This document shows positions 54,301-63,300 of a stretch of 64,000 nt of DNA, piece by piece. The notes below the pieces were generated by a model. It did no database searches and had not been told where the DNA came from. It was given only the letters and a program-made list of their open reading frames with translations. The position numbers and the translations under genes are program-made. Source of the DNA: Perna viridis (Eukaryota); assembly GCA_037379345.1 (NCBI GenBank), contig CM074516.1:26722001-26786000 (forward strand), given 5' to 3'. Positions within the stretch are counted from its first letter, which is position 1. The number at the start of each line of letters is the position of its first letter.

Positions 54301-57300
54301 TTTCATGGCCTCATTTTGTACAAATGATCATGGTAAGAAACTTTGAAAATAAAATTTATGCCATCTTATATTTCTGATAGAAATTTTTTTGACCAAGCTT
54401 ATTTCTATTTTACAGAGGAATATGATGAATATGACAGAAAGTTTGATAAGATGATGGAACTGAAGTTACAAGACAGACAGGTCAAGGCCAAAGAAGATCA
54501 TGCTAAGGCCAAGAAAACAGTAGAGGAATGCAGACAAAACCTGGAATATGCCAAGCAACAGGTAGGGTCAGTCAGAGGTCAAGGCAATGTGTGAAATATT
54601 ATTGTTTAGATTTCATTACTGTTTTGAAGATGTGATGGATTAGTCAATTGCAGGTAAAGGTTAAATTTGAAAGGTCAGTCTGATGGTGGTTGACTAAACA
54701 TCTGCGATTGAATATGACTGAACTGATTGTTACCAAAAAGAAAGTTGCTTGATAGGTTACTGTTTTTAGGTTTTGATGCAGTTTGAAGTCCTGACTTTCT
54801 ATGTCGTCAACTAACCTTAATTATATTATAAGTTTAAAAGCTTCTAAATTTATGATATAGTAAGGTAAGTTGTAGACAAAGAAAGTCAGGATTTCAAATT
54901 CAATAGTTTAAGAATGAAGGGGGGTAGTTACTTGAGGTCTGAATGTTAATGTAAACTTGATGTATTGTTAACTTTAAAGCCTATATTTAGGTATTACACT
55001 GGAAAACTAAAGTTGACCGTGGATGTATTGAGAGAATCCGTCAGTTCAGCAATCCACCATTGTTGGTTGGCCAAGTTATGGAGATGGTGATGATGTTGGT
55101 TGGCAAACGTCTTCCATCCCAGAGAATTTCTGAGCCCAAGGAGTCAACAGGCAAGGATGAGATGTCCAGTAGAATGTCATCGAGCTCCAGTAGTACCAAG
55201 ATGCTTGGTGTCAAGAAAGGTATGGTGATAGATAAATTGCTTTCAGTATAAGGAGAACCTTTTTACTTTTGGTTTGTTCAGATTTTTGGTAGATTTATTA
55301 GCCTTTTATTTTTTTGGTTTTATTAATCCAGTTTACGATTTTCTGTTGTTTACTAAAATGATTCATTTTAAATCTGTGATAATATGTCATTGTCAAAAGT
55401 AGATTTTTAAGCTTAATTTATACTGTAGATTTTCAATTTTGTGTATTTGTACTAACTTCCCAGATAAGATTATTATTTTCTGATTTGAAATTTCTTCTTA
55501 GATAAATTTATGCTCGGTAAGTTATGGTCCATAGGTAACTATTGTCACAAGAAAATTTTGTCCTTTTTGACCTGCCTGTAGCTATTGCGATTTTTTCTCT
55601 GTGCGTCTGTTCATGAATTAATTTGATTAACTGTCAATTACTTCTCAGGAAGAGTTTTTGTTTTAAAATAGTCTTTTTTAAAGCAGTGTCTCAATAATTA
55701 AAAAATTTAATGCTTGAATATCACAATGTATTTTTACTCAATTTTTATAATTTTAACACAAAATTGATATGACAGGACAAAGTATTGTGACAACAAATTT
55801 TTTGAAGAAATTTGAATACCTGTGTGTATGATTGCATTTGATATTACAAATGTGGTATTGCACTGGTTTTGAGTCACAGATTTTGGAATTTGAAATGTAT
55901 TATTTGGATTTGAACAGCATGAAACATGTGTGGCCTGCACTTCAATTTTTGCATGCTGTTATTTGGCAGAGTTTGCTCAGAAATTGCACGAATTTCTCAA
56001 GATATGCACAACTCTTCAAGAGAGAGTCAGATGAACAGTACCAATTGTAAATTATTTATTTTTCCCTAAGCTTTTGACCTGATTATTGCTTTAAATATAT
56101 AAAATTTCCTTGTCCAAGATAGACTGTTTTTAATAGTAGTTAGCAAGCATGATCTAAGTCCTATAAAACCACTGAAATTTAAATAGAAGTACAGGAAATG
56201 TCAAGATGTTCATTTCATTCTGATAAAACAGATCTGATAGAGCCAAATAGATATTATGATAATCTTGGATCTGTGCTTTGTTTGAATTTAGTTACTTAGT
56301 CTTGAGGTGAATTTTAATGCTTGAAATAAATCCTGCTTCAAATCCCATGTAAACTTGATTGAGTCTGTTGCAGATTGGATTTTTAACAAGTGGAAATTTT
56401 TTTATCAAAGATCAATTGTCTTAGATATTGGTATCACACTTGTTGTAAAGATATTGTGATACGTGTACTGTTGTAAACCAGTTTAGTAGGGGAGTTTACT
56501 TCTGAGTAAAAAAAGGAAATTTTGTCCATTTATTTTGTCTAACCTTTGACATTTGAATGTAGTTTTTCTTAATTTGATAATCTTTTCTGTTTTTGAAATA
56601 AAGTGGTAGAGACAAATTTAAAAAAAATTCAAGGATAACAATGCAATAAAATGGATGATTCAGAGTGAATAAAAGAAAACAACGCTCAATCTTTAAGGAT
56701 TAATCAAGTACACTTCTTCTGACAGGGGCAAACTCTTGTCATTTGACGTTTGACCTTTGCTACCCAAACTTTACAAATCACCCTGGGCGGTGAAGATTGT
56801 AACCCTACAGAAGTTATACTAGGGATAAGATTGTCATATGTATAGTAAATAGCAATGTATTTTTTGTCCCTTCAGCAAGTAGAGCAATCATGACTAATTG
56901 CTAATGCTTTAATGCTTTTTCCTTAGACCACAGAGAAGGTAAACTTACCACAATGTTATACAGAAAGATTCTCACATCAGTTTTATCTTTCTCAAATCAA
57001 GCTATTTTATGTAGTTCCATTACAGTAGATGCAAATGTAGATTAACACTCATAACCAATTTTAGACTCTCTTGTATAAAAGGTCAAATTTTCTATGTTTC
57101 TTGTAATCTACAATGTTTAAACTGCACACTTACGTAGAATAATGTTTCACTAATTAATATCATTAATAACTTTACTTTGAATTGCATCTTTTTTTTCCAT
57201 TTCAACTTGATAAACTAAAGGCTAATAGAGGGGTGTCTGATTATCTTTAGTTGACTTTTAGTTTCTTATTTACTTCTTCTTTGAAGTAAAGTGGGGAACA

Positions 57301-60300
57301 GTTACAGGAATTTGTTCATGGAAATTTTACCCATGATTTGGGAGGCAGTAAATTACTTCCTTAATGGGGGTCTCATAGAAAGACTGGGTGGGTTAATATC
57401 TCTGGTAGCTTATGCACAGATTTAATTCCTTTATTTTAAAGAAAGAAAGAATACAAAAATGTTTCTGCATGCATTTAATGAAAAGTTAGAACTGTTAGGA
57501 AACTTTTGTGCATTGATCTTTGATAAATAGGATTTATCTACCAACATTTCTATGAAATAAATAGATCCATTTTTGACACATTTCATGTTAATGCCAATAA
57601 TTTTAAATTTTCTTCTTCATTTATGATATTTATCGTTAACTCATTCATTGTCATTTTAAGTACGTATGGGAGAAATGTGTCGCTTACTACACAGGATTTT
57701 CTTTCATTGGACAAAATAACTGTAGACGTGACTTTTTTGTGTGTGTGTTTATTTATTGTGTATTTGTACCATCTTTATGACTTATGTATGTCCTTATCTT
57801 ACTAGTGTTGAACTTCAATTGTTCAACCATATTTGCAAGGAATAAGTCCTGTTCATTTGAAAAAAGGTTTAAGCAATAAATTGTCAGATAAACTTAGTAG
57901 TCTGTTATTGAGTATTTTGCACACTTGCATGTGCTCCGTTAAATTTTAACATGTATGGATATGTTTTACTCTATATGTAAAGACAATATTTCACCATCAG
58001 TATCACATAAAAAACCTAAAACTCTTTTAAAAGAAAAACAAAAAAAAGTTCTTGTAGAAAAAGATGAGATAAATTCTAGAATAGTTATATAAGTGAATAG
58101 TCATTAACTTTGTTGAGTGTTAGGCAAATCTATTGGTTAATACATTTATGTTATAACACTGGTTGCTCATTTAAAAAAAAATCAGTTTTTTTTTTAAATT
58201 TCTTCAATTGAAATAATACTTGAAATGCTATATGGATGAAAAAGTATATAACTTGATAAATTCTTTTTCTGAAGTTTATTTATAAAGCAACATCAAGGTA
58301 AATGTTACTTTTTCTGTTGTAAAATTGTTTTCTTTGCTACCAACAGATGGCCAGAGATCAGGTATAAAAAAAAAAAAACTGGGCACAAGCTTGAAATTAA
58401 ACTTAAGATAAAAGCTCACACATACATACCAAATACCTTGTATCTTCACCATAACAAAACTTGTATCCCTTAAGTGTATCTAATTATGGATAAACAGATC
58501 TGGTCATTTACATGAATAATGTACAATTTTATAATGTTGATTTAATCACAAGGAATACATCTATATACATATATGCTTCTAATTCACTAGCCCTGACACC
58601 AGAAAATTTAGAAAATTACTTAAGTTTGAAAATGTCCTTAACTGATTGTGAGGTCATATAATCCTTACACATTGATTGGAATGGCTGTGGAAGTCAAGAA
58701 TATTCTCAGACTTAGGTACTTTTCAATGTTTTGTGGTTAAAAAATACAGAGCTACTAAAACTCACTGTTTTGTTCCTATTTAATATAAATGTAATATGTT
58801 ATCTTAACATGTTTTTATTTTATTTTGCTAGAAAGTAAAGTTTAATTAAATTAGTACGTTTTCTGCCTTGGCATTTTACTAGTACCAGAAGTTGTTTTTA
58901 TGTTCACTTGCAGCAAATGTTAAAAGAAAAAACTAAGTTTAAAAAAAAGAAAAAAGAAATAAATTAAAAAAAAAAAAAATTAGGTGGGGCTATGTACGTA
59001 ATGTCTGAAGTCACAGGAACTTCTTTCTGAGGTAGGGTTTGTTCAATAATGATTGATGTTTTTATATACATAATAATAATCAAGTTGGGAGACAGTTGAT
59101 TTAAGTTCAGTAAATTAAAGCACACATGCCTTCATATTTTGTTTTCATATGTAGAATCATTAAGTTAGAGTCAACTTGATGTTTGACTTTTTAAGATTAT
59201 ACTTTATGATATCATATTTACTAACTGGTTGATTTATGAATTAATTTTTAGGTAAGAAAGATGGAGGATTTGACAGAGCTCAGTGGAAGAATATCCAGAT
59301 GACAATGAATGATTCACAGAAGTTTGTTGATATGTTACATAATGTACCATGGGAAGATGGACTTAATGATGATGTCCTCAGAGGTATGATAATTGCCATT
59401 AAAACTACATGTAATTTTGAACTTTTTTTTCGAATGTGTAAAGTAAAGCTACTGGTACTCTGTACTCTATCTGTCATGATGAGGGCTATGTTTACATTAT
59501 TTTTGATATTCTACTAATTAGACACACTAAAACATTAAGAAATCAGATCTGATACCTACTCACGGCTTGCTCTCAAATCCACAACTTATTTTTATCACCA
59601 AATCTGTCAACAAGTTAAATAATTGGTTAATATTTATTTTTCTTTCAGCTGTTGAAAGCTACCTTACTGTTAGTAAGGAAGGAAATCTTGGCGTGACAGG
59701 GGAGGGAACTCTATTAGACAACGCTCAAGGTTTGATTTAAATTGGATTCTAATTTGATGTACTTTCAAAGTCATTAGACCACACTGTGGTAAAATGGTGA
59801 TAAACATATGACCAATGTCATAGATAGTTGTCTTATTATAGATATATCACTATACATCCTGTTAATTACCTAGCTTGTTTGTCAGATTGTTCAATACATT
59901 TATGCAATAACAGAAACGGTCATTTTAACTTGTAAATGTTACAAATTTTTTTTGTAAAATGTCATTAGATAATTCTCTTATTTACATTTAGTTTTACCTA
60001 TTTAGGTACATAATTAAGTGAACTGTTAAAAAGAAAAGCAAATGAGAGGAATTTTTTAATTTTGTCTGCTTTGTGTAATGGAAATAAAAAGAATCTTTTT
60101 GTAAGGGTTAGATAGGAAATACATTTATGTTTTGATTTCCTTTGCAATTAACACACTTGCAATGGAGTTAAATCCATTGTAATAATGTAATATTCTGTTT
60201 AATTCTTTAGACACTCAATTCACTGCAAGGAAACGATCCCCATCGCCAGATCATACTAAAGGCATCACCATAGCTGCTGCCAAATACTCCAGTGAAGACT

Positions 60301-63300
60301 GTGCTACTCTGGTCCAATATACCATAGCTATTGTAGAGTTCTCTAGGCTCTGTGGTCCACTCAAGGCTGCCCTAGAGAACCTTCATGGACTGGAGAGAGA
60401 GATTGAGGAAAATGAGAGGCTCCAGAGGGAGAAAGAAGAAGAGGTAAGGAAATAACCTTGAGGGCTGTTATGTTAGTACAATGTACTTGATTTCTTAGGT
60501 CTTAATGGAATGAATAAATTTTTAATTTAACTATTTTACTGGTGTTGGTAACCCATATTGATGTATTTTTTAACTTTGCACATCAACTTTTCTATAGCTT
60601 CCTCCTTTCATTTTGTAGAAAGTATTCACTGTTTCAGATTTTCACTGTACCATAAAATGAAGTAACAAATGATCTATTATGAATTTCTTATGTATGCTTT
60701 TACCTGGTAAAGAATTTGTCAAAATATTTTTAAGTCTACAATATTCTGTAAAAATATGTATTAAATTCAACATATCCTGTAAAATGTAATGCATAAGCCC
60801 AGTTCATATATGAATGCTTTTTGACCAATGGTTGATTTGCAGCAAAGGTGGGCACTCATTGCAATTTCATTAATTGTACATAAAAGTATATGGAAAAGAA
60901 AAACTCACAGCTAAAATTAAATGTAGAATTGCTTAATACAGGACTCAGGAGGACAATCCAAGGTAATGAAAAGCCCACTATGGAGTAATATCACATATAT
61001 ATTAAGCTATTTAATATGTGTTTTAGTCATATATCTTGTGTTGTCAAGTCAAGTATGTGTTACAAATCTTACCTCAAACTTTCTATCCATTTTACAGTGT
61101 GTGGTTTTTGTTAAAATTTGCTCTTAAAATTTCCTCTAAATTACTTTGTTACACATCATTGGAGTGCCATGTATGTCACTCAAGTATTTTAAGAACATTG
61201 TTTTTGTGGATTGGTGATTTGTAGGTGGCTCTTCTCAATTTTACTCTTTTTTTAAGTGAAGCTAGCTTGAAAAATCAAGTTTTTAACTGTGATGTTTTTT
61301 CATGCCAGATGAGGTTAAAGAGGTTACTTCAGAAGGCTAAGGTACACAGGATTTAAGTGTGAAACATTTTAAAATGCTATTTACAGCATGTTATGATCAG
61401 TTTAATTTTTATAGATGAGAGATGCTTGTCTTCTAAACTTTTGCATGCCTTCGTTTTCAGCATATAAAATGCATGAGCTTCTAGTGTAGAGGATTTTATC
61501 TTGGTAGGAAAGCTGTATTAAATCCTCATTAATATAAACGTAAGAGTTCTTTTGGGCCTCATAATTTAGAAAAACCACACTTTTAAGTCAAGTTGAAAGA
61601 AAATATAAAAAAAAAAAACAACAAAGTATCAAATATAGTCGATTAATGCAGATACAACATGAGTGCTTGAAAAATGAAAACTGCCAAACACAAAACATGT
61701 ATTAAAACCACTTTATAACATGAATTTGCTGTGGTATATTAAAAATAAATGTTTAGTTCCCTAATTTTTTTGTTTTGATGTACCTCGTCTTAACAAATAT
61801 TTTGTTTGGCTGTTTGTGAGGTTAAATATATTTGTTTTAATTAAAACTAATATGTAATTTAACACAGATTTCAACAAAACTGAAACTTAGCCAAAATAGA
61901 AGAAGGCATAAGGTTTGTTCACGGGTAACATCAATGTTAATATTAAATGCTTGAAGTAAAAAATAATGTTGTTGTTTCCAAGTCATAGATTGGGGGTGGG
62001 GAGGGGCGGGGTTGAAATTTTCATGTTTTGAGAGCATCTGGAAATTTGTATTAGATTCTATTGATGTATCATGTAAGATCAAACTTAAAAAGTTTTTATT
62101 GAGTAGGAAGAGTTCAATTTTGCTTTCAAAGATGAAAGATCTAAAACCTATCAACATTTTTAGTCTGAAGGAAACAGGCTTTTATTACTATTGTACTGGA
62201 AATTATTGTATACACTAGAAACTCTGACAAGGGGAGATAATTTAACAATATTTTTGTCTTCATGCATTTAAAATGATCAGTATGTATGTTGTATTTTGGA
62301 ATGCATGTCATAGTTTTTTATAGTTCTTCCTTTCAGTATCATTCCTGTATCATTTCACCTTTGATTTATTTTAGCCTCTTTTTCATCCAATGACCTTGAT
62401 ATTGCATTTGTCCTTGAACAAAAGAATGTTTATTTTTTTTAATACATGTAGTTAATGATTTTAGTTACAGCATGTTTTAAAAAAGAAACAGGTATAGATG
62501 TTAATATGCTGGGACCAGGTTTCTTCTGTATACCTGTAGCTGGAATGTGAAAATATTAGCTAGTATGATAGATAGTAGACTGGTTTAGAGAGTTTTGGTT
62601 GAATGGTTCCTTTAGACTTTTTTTGTGTTTATATATTGATTTTTCCTTACTTATGTTTGTGATTTTCATCAGATAAAACTAGTTTATTTTCTACCATTTT
62701 AAATAATGTATACAGCTCTCTTAAGATGAGTTGTTTCTTTGTAAGCTGTTGTACAAAATATGGGATGTTTCTTTTGATTTAACTGACATGAAGAAACTCA
62801 TTGGAAAATTGTGATATCTTAAGGTTTCTGTCAGGTGATATAGACTTCTTGTTTCAATTAGTTTACTCTCTGGTTGTAGATTTTTGATAGTTTGATAGGC
62901 ACAGTTGTACCAATTTATACTATGATTGAGTATTTTATGATATCAACTACAAATTTCTTGCAAAAAATGGTTTTCTTTTCTGTGGCATTGTTATATCGTG
63001 TCTGTACCCCTTCCCTCGTAGATATTATACTAGTTCAGTGTAGTGTAGCTATCCATTAAAAACATAGTTACCCCTGAAATGCTGTAGTCCTATTGAAGTA
63101 AATACTTAAAGGTGTATGAGTGAGGAGGGAATCAGTGATGGTAGATTAAAAAAAAAGTGTGGTTGAAATATTTCATTTTTGTTCCATTGTTTTTCAAATT
63201 AATGAGAATAGATTGATCCGTAGATGTTATATATTGAAAAAAAAAAAGCAATGTTACGGCTTATTTAGAATAGCTATTATGCTTGCTTTGTTAAATATTG

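Noticed and set aside
1473-62218. Minus-strand and short intronic ORFs in the supplied track
   Set aside because: Low-complexity AT-rich translations or antisense shadows of dynein exons; no recognisable domains or splice-consistent chain.
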